From an uncultured bacterium (GTDB lineage Bacteria; Patescibacteriota; Minisyncoccia; Moranbacterales; GWC2-37-73), in contig CAIPMZ010000066.1 of assembly GCA_903866285.1 (NCBI GenBank), positions 1-32,220 of the forward strand: a stretch of DNA of 32,220 nt, given 5' to 3'. The notes below the pieces were generated by a model, which made no database searches, had not been told where the DNA came from, and saw only the letters and a program-made list of their open reading frames with translations. The first letter of the stretch is position 1, and each line of letters opens with the position of its first letter. Shown piece after piece: positions 24,103 to 31,256 of the stretch. The translations under genes were made by a program, and so were the position numbers.

Positions 24103-24196
24103 TGTCTCTGCGAGGATTTTGTACTCGAAATCCTTGGCAGTCCAGGAGTTTGTAACGTTCTGGATTGCCACGCCTGGTTACAGGCTCGCAAAGACA
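24103..24196 (+). mobile_element. MITE-like element family D, copy 3 (94 bp, divergent left half)
   Basis: Termini TGTCTCTGCGAG ... CTCGCAAAGACA. Shares CTGGATTGCCACGC...GCTCGCAAAGACA with copy 1. It lies in the ruvA leader. Confidence 0.65.
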
Positions 24197-24273
24197 GCTA
24201 AGAAAAGTTTGTTTAAAATAATTTTTTAGCGAGCCCATGCTGCATGTTTCATGTTTCATGTTCTATGTCTTCA

Positions 24274-24846
24274 ATGATAGCAAAACTAACCGGTACAATT
24301 GATTTTCTGCGCGAGGCCTATTTAGTCTTGGATGTCAGTGGCGTCGGCTACAAGGTTTTCGTAACTGCTCACACCATGGGGAAACTAGCGGGCCGAACTA
24401 ATGTCGAGCTTCATATTCATACTTACGTACGCGAAGATATTTTAGCGCTGTATGGTTTTGTGGATTTTGAAGAATTGGAAATGTTTGAACTGCTAATTTC
24501 AATTTCGGGCATCGGCCCGAAGGCGGCGCTCAGCATTCTTTCGATTGCGGATCCGAAAACCGTTTGCGCGGCGGTTTTAAACGATGACGCTACTATTTTA
24601 ACGAGGGTTTCAGGGGTCGGTAAAAAAATTGCCCAGCGGGTAATTTTAGAACTGAAAAATAAAATTCCGAACATGTCCCTTGGCGAAAAAACGCAAGTCG
24701 TTTCCGACAGCGATGCGCTAGAAGCTTTAGTCACAATGGGCTATTCCGTCACCCAGGCCCGCGAAACGCTTAAGGAGATTTCGCCAGAAATTACCGACGT
24801 TGGTCAGCGCGTAAAAATAGCCTTGAAAAATTTAGGTAAGCGGTAG
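24274..24846 (+). CDS. ruvA: Holliday junction DNA helicase subunit RuvA
   Basis: MIAKLTGTIDFL...VLDVSGVGYKVFV...LYGF...ELEMFELLISISGIGPKAALSIL...LTRVSGVGKKIAQRVILELK. I chose the ATG at 24274 over the repeat-derived ATG at 24244. Confidence 0.92.
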   Translation: MIAKLTGTIDFLREAYLVLDVSGVGYKVFVTAHTMGKLAGRTNVELHIHTYVREDILALYGFVDFEELEMFELLISISGIGPKAALSILSIADPKTVCAAVLNDDATILTRVSGVGKKIAQRVILELKNKIPNMSLGEKTQVVSDSDALEALVTMGYSVTQARETLKEISPEITDVGQRVKIALKNLGKR

Positions 24847-24854
24847 TTTTGGAA

Positions 24855-24883
24855 AGTGCAATTTTTATGATTTGTGGTATAAT
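24855..24883 (+). promoter_or_regulatory. possible extended -10 promoter (TGGTATAAT) for the giant surface protein gene
   Basis: TG at 24875..24876 and TATAAT at 24878..24883. The -35 (AGTGCA) is weak. Confidence 0.45.
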
Positions 24884-24945
24884 TTAAGTAAATAGTTTTC
24901 TCGAAGTTAGCTTCGAAATTTTACTTAACAAAAAATTTAAATACT

Positions 24946-27900
24946 ATGCCAAACCAAAAAAGATTGACGTTAATTAAGAAAAATAAACAAGGCTCCGCGC
25001 TAGTTTTTGCGCTTATCATTTTGTCTATGATGCTTACTGTCGCCATGAGTTTATCTACGGCAGCGGTAATGCAAAAGAAAAATGCCAGTTCCACCCAATC
25101 TTCTGTTCAAGCTTATCAAATTGCTGATAGTGGCGCTCAACTAGCACTTCGAATAATAAATCAAAAAATCACCTCGCTAGATATTGACCAACGGAGGGTA
25201 TTAGGTGCCTTCAGTAATTGCACCAATGGGGTAGTAGCTTTTAACGGTGGTAATTTGCCTGCGAATACAACCTTGAGCATTTCTTTTTTTAACGCTGAAG
25301 CTGTACCTAGATTAGTTGCCTGTAATGAACTCATTGATACCGTAGCCTCTATTCATGCAACTGCCCAAAATTTAAATAACGTCCGCGCTGTGGAACTAGC
25401 GGTTTCCAAGGAAGCTTCGCCAGTTGCTTGGTGGAAGTTTGATGATAGCACTGGTCCAACTGCAACCGATTCAAGTGGCAATTCTTTTGATGGAACTTTA
25501 ACTAATTTTCCAAGTTTAACCTCACCCTGGACAACAACAGGCAGATTACTGGGCGCGCTTAATTTTGATGGAAATGACGATTACGTGAATACAAGTTTTA
25601 ATCCTGCTTCTTCTCTTGGCCAAAGCTTTACTATTGAGAGTTGGGTTTATCCTACGGAGGCTGCTAATTATCGCGGAATTTGGGGTGCTCACGGAGCAAG
25701 TCCGTTTACAGGTATTGTGTTACAGCATAATAGGGGCGAATGGATAGCTAGCATTGGGGATGGTAGCACTTGGCATGAAATTGAGTTAGGAGTATTTGAG
25801 CTGAATAAATGGACCCATGTAGCAATAGTTTTTGAAGGTAGCCCGGCTGGGTCGGACGGTTTTTTAAAAGGCTATATTAATGGAGGATCAGGATCGAGTG
25901 GCAGTAGAACAATAGCAGCCACGATTAGTGGTCTCCAAGTTGTCCATGATCCATCTTTTTGGATAGGGCGCGGACATTCAGATTCTAGTAATAGATACTT
26001 CAAAGGTACAATTGATGACGTTAAAATTTTTGACTACGCTCTGTCGGGTCGAGAAATTTATAATGACTATCGAGACGGCTTTTTTAATTGTGTGGGTAAT
26101 TTGATAACAGGCGGAAGTTATTACCCAGGTGATGAAACTGACCCTCCGGAAAATCTTAACCCAGTGTACGATCCAATTGGAACAGATCGAAAATGTGAAT
26201 TTTTTTGTAGCGATTACTTCAACTGGCATGATCCAGATTGCCTTGAAGCAGTCTGCATGGGACTGCCTACAAATGCCACAGGATTTCCTTTACCTGATCC
26301 AGAGCCCTTAAAAGACAAGGCTTATACCTATAGTGGCATTGATAATCTTACGGTTACGTGTGAATTTGCTTGCAATACAGATTATGTTTATTATGCTCCA
26401 ACTAACACTTGCAATACTTGTACTGGGAGCGTGCCTGGTAATGCCGCAATGTATGCAAATGATAAAGATGGTTTGTCCGCAAATACCCCCCATATTAGAA
26501 GCGGCTCAAACACCTCAGCGAATTGTGAATATGAATGTGATGATTACTATAACTGGAATGGCAACAATTGCGAAAATGCAGCAATTTGTACGGGCCTGCC
26601 TGCGAATGCGGTAGCTTTTACTGATACTGGTAATCAAACGCCATTAAAAGACAAGGCGTATACTTTTAGTAGTAGTTATACGCCGGGAGATAAATGCGAA
26701 TTTACTTGCAATAGTGGGTACGTCTATGATAGCTCGGCTAAAATATGCGTAGGAAATCCTCCATCGGTGGAATACTTAGTGGTAGCTGGTGGCGGTGGTG
26801 GAGGTATGGATATGGGTGGCGGTGGCGGTGGCGGTGGCGTACTGAGTAATAGTTATAATGTTTCTATAAATCAAGCTTATACAGTTACAGTGGGTCTTGG
26901 CGGAGCGGGAGCTCCCGCTGCCGGCACGAATGGTCAACCAGCCGGACATCAATATACAGTGCCAGCCAACAATGGTCAGAACTCTGTTTTTGGAGCTATT
27001 ACGGCCGTAGGCGGTGGCCGTGGCGGAAGTTCCGGGAATAGTTATACCCCGGGTTCAGCCGGCGCTATGGGCGGTTCAGGCGGGGGAGCTTCGGGCTATA
27101 ATAATACGGCGGTAGATAGTTGGGTTTATTGCGCCGGCGAAAACGGTACTTGTTCATTCAGCGGGACATATGACGTTAAGTACGGTTGGGGTGGTAGCTG
27201 GGCATACCGATATGGCGTTGTCAATTCAATTTCTTGTAATAATGCTACCTTCGGAGATCCGATTCGTAAAAAAGTGAAGGCTTGTTATTATCATTTAATT
27301 AATTTAAATAACGCCTTGGGCGGCGCTGGAACTTCGGGCCAAGGAAACTCAGGTGGAAATCAGGGCAGTCCTTATTATTCGGGTGGTGGCGGCGGGGCTG
27401 GTGGGGCGGGGGCTAGTGGTAATGGTCAGGCTAATGGCGGAGTCGGATATCAAAGTTCAATTACAGGTGCAAATTTTTATTGGGGCGGCGGTGGCGGTGG
27501 CGCTGGGCATAGTATTACGGGGGGAAATGGTGGAGCTGGCGGCGGTGGCGGCGGGGCAGTCGGGGTAACAAGCGGCGGAGCAGGCCTGAATAATGGGCAA
27601 GCTGGCGGTGGCGGAGCTATTAATAGCTGGGCAAATACTCCCGGGGGAAATGCTGGCGCAAATACGGGCGGTGGCGGTGGGGGTGGCTCTCATTATAACG
27701 CGAATAATAAGGGTGGTGATGGTGGTTCGGGGATTGTGGTAATCCGGTATCCAGATAATTACATTGATTCAGTAACAACTGGGACAGTTGCCTACACCCA
27801 CGTAAATGGTTTTAAAATTTATACCTGGACCTCTTCAGGGTCAATAAATTTCTCGACTCAAGCAATGGCTACTTCTTGCGCAAATATTCTAGCCACTGGA

Positions 27901-28431
27901 AATTCCGTGGGGAATGGTACTTACTGGATTAAACCAACTGGATATACGGGAGCTCCCTTTCAAGTGTATTGCGATATGACTACGGACGGTGGTGGCTATA
28001 CCTATTTGTCAGTTTCAGGCGCGATAACAACGTTTCGAGCAACTGACAATAATTCCTGCAAAGCGCTGGGTATGAATATAGTAATCCCAAGGACGCAAGC
28101 TCAATTTACAGCCCTTTACGCTAAATACGGCGCCGGCTACTTCGCTACTGTCCCAGGCGTCTATGGCACAACCCCTGGAAATTATACTGGTTGTATTATG
28201 CGAAATCCTGCTAGTTATGGCACAGGGTGCGCTAATTGGTTTGCGCTTGATGGTGGAAAATGGTGGCTAGCTGATACGACTCACTCTGAACCAAATGGTG
28301 ACTATACGCCAGGTTGTTGGCTGAGTATGAATATCTGGACCCCTACCGCAAATATTAGTAATATACTGTTTAATGATGAGCTTTGCCATTACTCCACCTC
28401 AGCCTATATTTGCTCTACGAATGATAAATAG
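24946..28431 (+). CDS. 1161-aa PilX-N-like anchored surface protein: LamG + 4 Cys motifs + glycine-rich domain + fibrinogen/C-type-lectin-like C-terminus
   Basis: N-terminus KQGSALVFALIILSMMLTVAMSLST...VQAYQIADSGAQLAL (PilX_N-like). LamG (WWKFDDSTGPTATDSSGNSFDG...ALNFDGNDDYV...WTHVAIVF...FKGTIDDVKIFDYALS). CEFFCSDYFNW / CEFACNTDYVY / CEYECDDYYNW / CEFTCNSGYVY repeats. Poly-Gly runs. SCANIL...GTYWIKP...PFQVYCDMTTDGGGYTYL. EPNGDYTPGCW...FNDELCHYSTSAYICS. Confidence 0.85.
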   Translation: MPNQKRLTLIKKNKQGSALVFALIILSMMLTVAMSLSTAAVMQKKNASSTQSSVQAYQIADSGAQLALRIINQKITSLDIDQRRVLGAFSNCTNGVVAFNGGNLPANTTLSISFFNAEAVPRLVACNELIDTVASIHATAQNLNNVRAVELAVSKEASPVAWWKFDDSTGPTATDSSGNSFDGTLTNFPSLTSPWTTTGRLLGALNFDGNDDYVNTSFNPASSLGQSFTIESWVYPTEAANYRGIWGAHGASPFTGIVLQHNRGEWIASIGDGSTWHEIELGVFELNKWTHVAIVFEGSPAGSDGFLKGYINGGSGSSGSRTIAATISGLQVVHDPSFWIGRGHSDSSNRYFKGTIDDVKIFDYALSGREIYNDYRDGFFNCVGNLITGGSYYPGDETDPPENLNPVYDPIGTDRKCEFFCSDYFNWHDPDCLEAVCMGLPTNATGFPLPDPEPLKDKAYTYSGIDNLTVTCEFACNTDYVYYAPTNTCNTCTGSVPGNAAMYANDKDGLSANTPHIRSGSNTSANCEYECDDYYNWNGNNCENAAICTGLPANAVAFTDTGNQTPLKDKAYTFSSSYTPGDKCEFTCNSGYVYDSSAKICVGNPPSVEYLVVAGGGGGGMDMGGGGGGGGVLSNSYNVSINQAYTVTVGLGGAGAPAAGTNGQPAGHQYTVPANNGQNSVFGAITAVGGGRGGSSGNSYTPGSAGAMGGSGGGASGYNNTAVDSWVYCAGENGTCSFSGTYDVKYGWGGSWAYRYGVVNSISCNNATFGDPIRKKVKACYYHLINLNNALGGAGTSGQGNSGGNQGSPYYSGGGGGAGGAGASGNGQANGGVGYQSSITGANFYWGGGGGGAGHSITGGNGGAGGGGGGAVGVTSGGAGLNNGQAGGGGAINSWANTPGGNAGANTGGGGGGGSHYNANNKGGDGGSGIVVIRYPDNYIDSVTTGTVAYTHVNGFKIYTWTSSGSINFSTQAMATSCANILATGNSVGNGTYWIKPTGYTGAPFQVYCDMTTDGGGYTYLSVSGAITTFRATDNNSCKALGMNIVIPRTQAQFTALYAKYGAGYFATVPGVYGTTPGNYTGCIMRNPASYGTGCANWFALDGGKWWLADTTHSEPNGDYTPGCWLSMNIWTPTANISNILFNDELCHYSTSAYICSTNDK

Positions 28432-28447
28432 CTAAAAGTTGCTAAAC

Positions 28448-28490
28448 AAAAAAGAGAGTCTTAATTTTAACAAGGCTCTCTTTTTATTTT
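28448..28490 (+). terminator. intrinsic terminator after the giant surface protein gene
   Basis: AGAGAGTC-N13-GGCTCTCT followed by TTTTTATTTT. Confidence 0.65.
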
Positions 28491-28516
28491 CTAGGTTTTA
28501 CTGGTATACTTTAAAG

Positions 28517-29638
28517 ATGGAAAAGAAGCTCGAAAATTTAGAATTTTTGCAGTCGGCGCTCTGGCGTCAATTTCAGACTAGCGTGGGACGCAAAACTTTT
28601 TGCTTAGAGCGTGAAGGTTTTTTGGCGAGCGTGATCGAGCATAGTTTGCCATTAGTGGGGAAATATTGGTATTGCCCGAGAGGACCAGTATTTTTTGCTG
28701 AGGTAAAAAAAAATCTCAAATCTCAAATCTCAAATTCCAATAGGACTCAAATTTCAAATGAAAATCAAAAAGCTGAAATTCAAAACACAAATTCCGAGGG
28801 TGCAATAGAAAACGGAATACAGCAGTTAGTTAAATTGGCTAGGAAAGAAAAGGCGGGGTGGATTAGGATTGAGCCGGAAAGTGAAGAAATGCTGAAATAT
28901 ACAAAGGATGTGCTTGAAGAAATCCGCCCAAGGCGGACTGATTACAGAATCGTCAAGGCTCCGCATGATATGCAACCAAAAGAGATTTTCGTGATTGATA
29001 TTACGAAAGATGCGGAAACTTTGCTAAGCGAAATGAAACCGAAGACGCGGTATAATATTAGGCTTTCACAGAAACACAAGGTTTCCGTGAAAGCAATTTC
29101 CAATTTCCAATTTCCAATTTCCAATGAATATGTGGAAGCTTTTTTGAAACTTACGAAGGAAATGGCGAGCCGCCATGGAATTACGGCGCATCCGGAGCAG
29201 TATTACCGTAAGATGCTTGAGACCTTACCAACTGAGATGCTGAAAATTTACGTAGCGGAGTTTGAAGGGAAAATTATTGCGGCTAATTTAGTTTTATTTT
29301 ATGGTAAAACCGCGACTTATTTGCATGGCGCTTCTGGCAATGAACAGCGCAAAGTGATGGCGCCATTTCTGCTTCAATGGCAAGCCATTTTAGATGCAAA
29401 AGAATTGGGTTTTGAGAAATATGATTTCGGAGGTATCAAAACAATGTCCAATAATCAACAGTCAACAGACAATAAAAATACTTGGGAAGGGATTACGACG
29501 TTTAAACTTGGATTTTCGCCGAATACTACGCCGGTTCAGTTTCCAGGCAGTTATGATATTGTTGTTAATCCTAGGAAATATGGGGTGTATCGGGGATTGC
29601 AGAGAGCGAAGGGGTTAATGGTTAGGTTTAGAAAATAA
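28517..29638 (+). CDS. FemAB-family peptidoglycan peptide-bridge aminoacyltransferase
   Basis: FLQSALWRQFQ, YWYCPRGPV, KPKTRYNIRLSQK, ATYLHGASGNE and APFLLQWQAILDAKELGFEKYDFGGI. I chose the ATG at 28517 because a terminator hairpin (28448..28490) lies inside the TTG-28439 extension. Confidence 0.85.
   Translation: MEKKLENLEFLQSALWRQFQTSVGRKTFCLEREGFLASVIEHSLPLVGKYWYCPRGPVFFAEVKKNLKSQISNSNRTQISNENQKAEIQNTNSEGAIENGIQQLVKLARKEKAGWIRIEPESEEMLKYTKDVLEEIRPRRTDYRIVKAPHDMQPKEIFVIDITKDAETLLSEMKPKTRYNIRLSQKHKVSVKAISNFQFPISNEYVEAFLKLTKEMASRHGITAHPEQYYRKMLETLPTEMLKIYVAEFEGKIIAANLVLFYGKTATYLHGASGNEQRKVMAPFLLQWQAILDAKELGFEKYDFGGIKTMSNNQQSTDNKNTWEGITTFKLGFSPNTTPVQFPGSYDIVVNPRKYGVYRGLQRAKGLMVRFRK
28702..28800. 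repeat. family E-type low-complexity segment in-frame in the FemAB-family CDS
   Basis: AATCTCAAATCTCAAATCTCAAATTCCAAT...CAAATTTCAAATGAAAATCAAAAAGCTGAAATTCAAAAC, translated as KKNLKSQISNSNRTQISNENQKAEIQNTNSE. Confidence 0.75.
29093..29125. repeat. AATTTCC x4 module in-frame in the FemAB-family CDS
   Basis: GCAATTTCCAATTTCCAATTTCCAATTTCCAATGAA is translated as AISNFQFPISNE. The same heptamer array occurs in murE at 30968..30991. Confidence 0.8.
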
Positions 29639-29795
29639 GATTTGGAAATTAGTTAGTCACGGTATTTTTTGAGCTTTTAATGTCTAATGACTAATATCTA
29701 ATTCCTAATAAAATCCTAAGGTCAAATGTTAAAATGTTTTTGGTTTTTTTGAATTAGAAATTAATTAGACATTGGAAATTAGGTATTAGAAATTT
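29639..29795. repeat. family E mosaic block (FemAB-family gene to murE spacer)
   Basis: AATGTCTAATGA is shared with 3688..3699. GGAAATTAG and TTAGAAATT units are present. Confidence 0.65.
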
Positions 29796-31256
29796 ATGAG
29801 ATTTATTAAAAAACTGTTTCCCCAATCTTTCAAAAATGTCTATCATCTCCTCCAAGCTCTCTTGGCGAATTTTCGCTATGGTTTCCCTGCCCGCAAGCTT
29901 AAAGTGATTGGGGTGACCGGCACGGATGGAAAAACGACGACGGTGCAGATGATTGCCAAAATCCTGCAAAAAGCTGGGAAAAAAGTTGCCGTGGCTTCAA
30001 CCATTAACTTTGTGATTGACGGTGTGGAAGAAAAAAATCTTTCGCACTATACCACAGAGTCGCCCTTTGCGCTGCAGAAATTTATTCGCCAGGCGGTAGC
30101 AGCTGGTTGTGAGTATTTAGTTTTAGAAACTTCTTCGCATGCCCTTGATCAATACCGAGTCTGGGGGATTGATTTTCAAGTTGCGGTCATCACAAATGTG
30201 ACCAGGGAACATTTGGATTATCACAAAACGATGGAAAAATATCGAGCGGCGAAGAAAATCCTTTTCGAAAATGTGGCAAAAAAAATATCAGTCATCAGTC
30301 ATCAGCCTGCCTCGTCGGCAGACAGGTCATCAGCAATTATTGTTAACGCTGATATGGAGAGACCAGCGGAATTTCTCAATTTTGATGTCAGTAAAAAGTT
30401 TGTTTATTCAGTTAAGGGTAATCAATTACCGATGACAGATGACCGATTGCAATATGTTTATGCGGAGGAAATCGAACTTGGAATAAGTTATTCAAAATTC
30501 AAAATTCAAAATTCAAAATTTGTGTTAAATGTCCCTGGACTTTTCAACGTCGAGAATGCCCTGGCAGCTGTCTGTGTGGCCCTGGGTGAGGGGATTGATT
30601 TAGCCCAGGCAAGTGAAGCTCTTTCGGAAATAAAAGGCGTGGCAGGGCGAATGGAGGCCGTAGAGAACGATTTAGGGGTCAATATCTTAGTTGATTTTGC
30701 CCTCACGCCTAATGCCCTAGAAAAGCTTTACAGCTTACTTTTCAGCGTTAAAAAAGAAGGCGCTAAAATTATTGCGATTTTAGGTTCTTGCGGCGATCGC
30801 GACCAAGGAAAAAGGCCTCTAATGGGCGAAATTGTAGCCAAATATGCCGACCTGATTATACTAACTAACGAAGAGCCTTATCATGAAGAACCGCAAGCGA
30901 TTATAGATCAAATATTTGTGGGAGTCATAGCTGAAGAAAAATGTGAGAATGCTGAGTCAAATGGTTCTTCCAATTTCCAATTTCCAATTTCCCTGCCTAC
31001 CGGACAGGCAGGCAATTTCCAAATAAACCCAAATGACCAAATTTCAAAACCTAAGAAAAAAATGGTTGAAGGGGAAAATTGTTGGAGAATTTTGGATCGT
31101 CGGCAGGCGATTGCTAGGGCGCTGTCGCTTGCTAAAAAAGATGATATTGTTTGTATCACCGGGATGGGAAATTTTGAAACGATGGTCGTCGGCGATGAAA
31201 AGTTGCCTTGGAATGATCGAAAGGTGATTGAAGAGGAACTGGGGAAAATACAATAA
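29796..31256 (+). CDS. murE: Mur ligase, MurE-like (UDP-MurNAc-tripeptide synthetase)
   Basis: IGVTGTDGKTTT, LVLETSSHAL, AVITNVTREHLDYH, GLFNVENALAA, GRME, VDFALTPNALEKL, GSCGDRD and ILTNEEP. It contains three repeat-derived in-frame insertions. Confidence 0.85.
   Translation: MRFIKKLFPQSFKNVYHLLQALLANFRYGFPARKLKVIGVTGTDGKTTTVQMIAKILQKAGKKVAVASTINFVIDGVEEKNLSHYTTESPFALQKFIRQAVAAGCEYLVLETSSHALDQYRVWGIDFQVAVITNVTREHLDYHKTMEKYRAAKKILFENVAKKISVISHQPASSADRSSAIIVNADMERPAEFLNFDVSKKFVYSVKGNQLPMTDDRLQYVYAEEIELGISYSKFKIQNSKFVLNVPGLFNVENALAAVCVALGEGIDLAQASEALSEIKGVAGRMEAVENDLGVNILVDFALTPNALEKLYSLLFSVKKEGAKIIAILGSCGDRDQGKRPLMGEIVAKYADLIILTNEEPYHEEPQAIIDQIFVGVIAEEKCENAESNGSSNFQFPISLPTGQAGNFQINPNDQISKPKKKMVEGENCWRILDRRQAIARALSLAKKDDIVCITGMGNFETMVVGDEKLPWNDRKVIEEELGKIQ
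30287..30335. repeat. ATCAGTC repeats plus CCTGCCT..CGGCAGACAGGTC module in-frame in murE
   Basis: The hairpin module differs by only a few bases from the intergenic copy at 31384..31405. Translated as ISVISHQPASSADRSSAI. Confidence 0.8.
30491..30519. repeat. TTCAAAA x4 module in-frame in murE
   Basis: TTCAAAATTCAAAATTCAAAATTCAAAAT is translated as SKFKIQNSKF. Confidence 0.7.
30968..31050. repeat. composite E module (CAATTTC x3, CCTGCC-N9-GGCAGG hairpin, CAAATTTCAAAAC tail) in-frame in murE
   Basis: Translated as SSNFQFPISLPTGQAGNFQINPNDQISKP, between the conserved ILTNEEP and RILDRRQAIARAL blocks. Confidence 0.8.

Noticed and set aside
27353-27693. ORFs 27353..27568 (+, alternative frame) and 27457..27693 (-) within the giant gene
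   Set aside because: They are artefacts of the GGN-rich glycine-coding region, which is open in several frames. The main frame is continuous and carries recognisable domains on both sides.
28439-28516. TTG start at 28439 for the FemAB-family gene
   Set aside because: The extension runs through the terminator hairpin of the upstream gene (28448..28490) and adds a non-conserved Phe/Leu-rich peptide. The ATG at 28517 gives the conserved N-terminus.
30287-31050. Intein or group I/II intron as the explanation for the murE insertions
   Set aside because: The segments are only 10 to 30 codons long. They lack intein splice-junction residues and endonuclease blocks, and they lack intron catalytic-core structure. 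They match the intergenic repeat modules instead.
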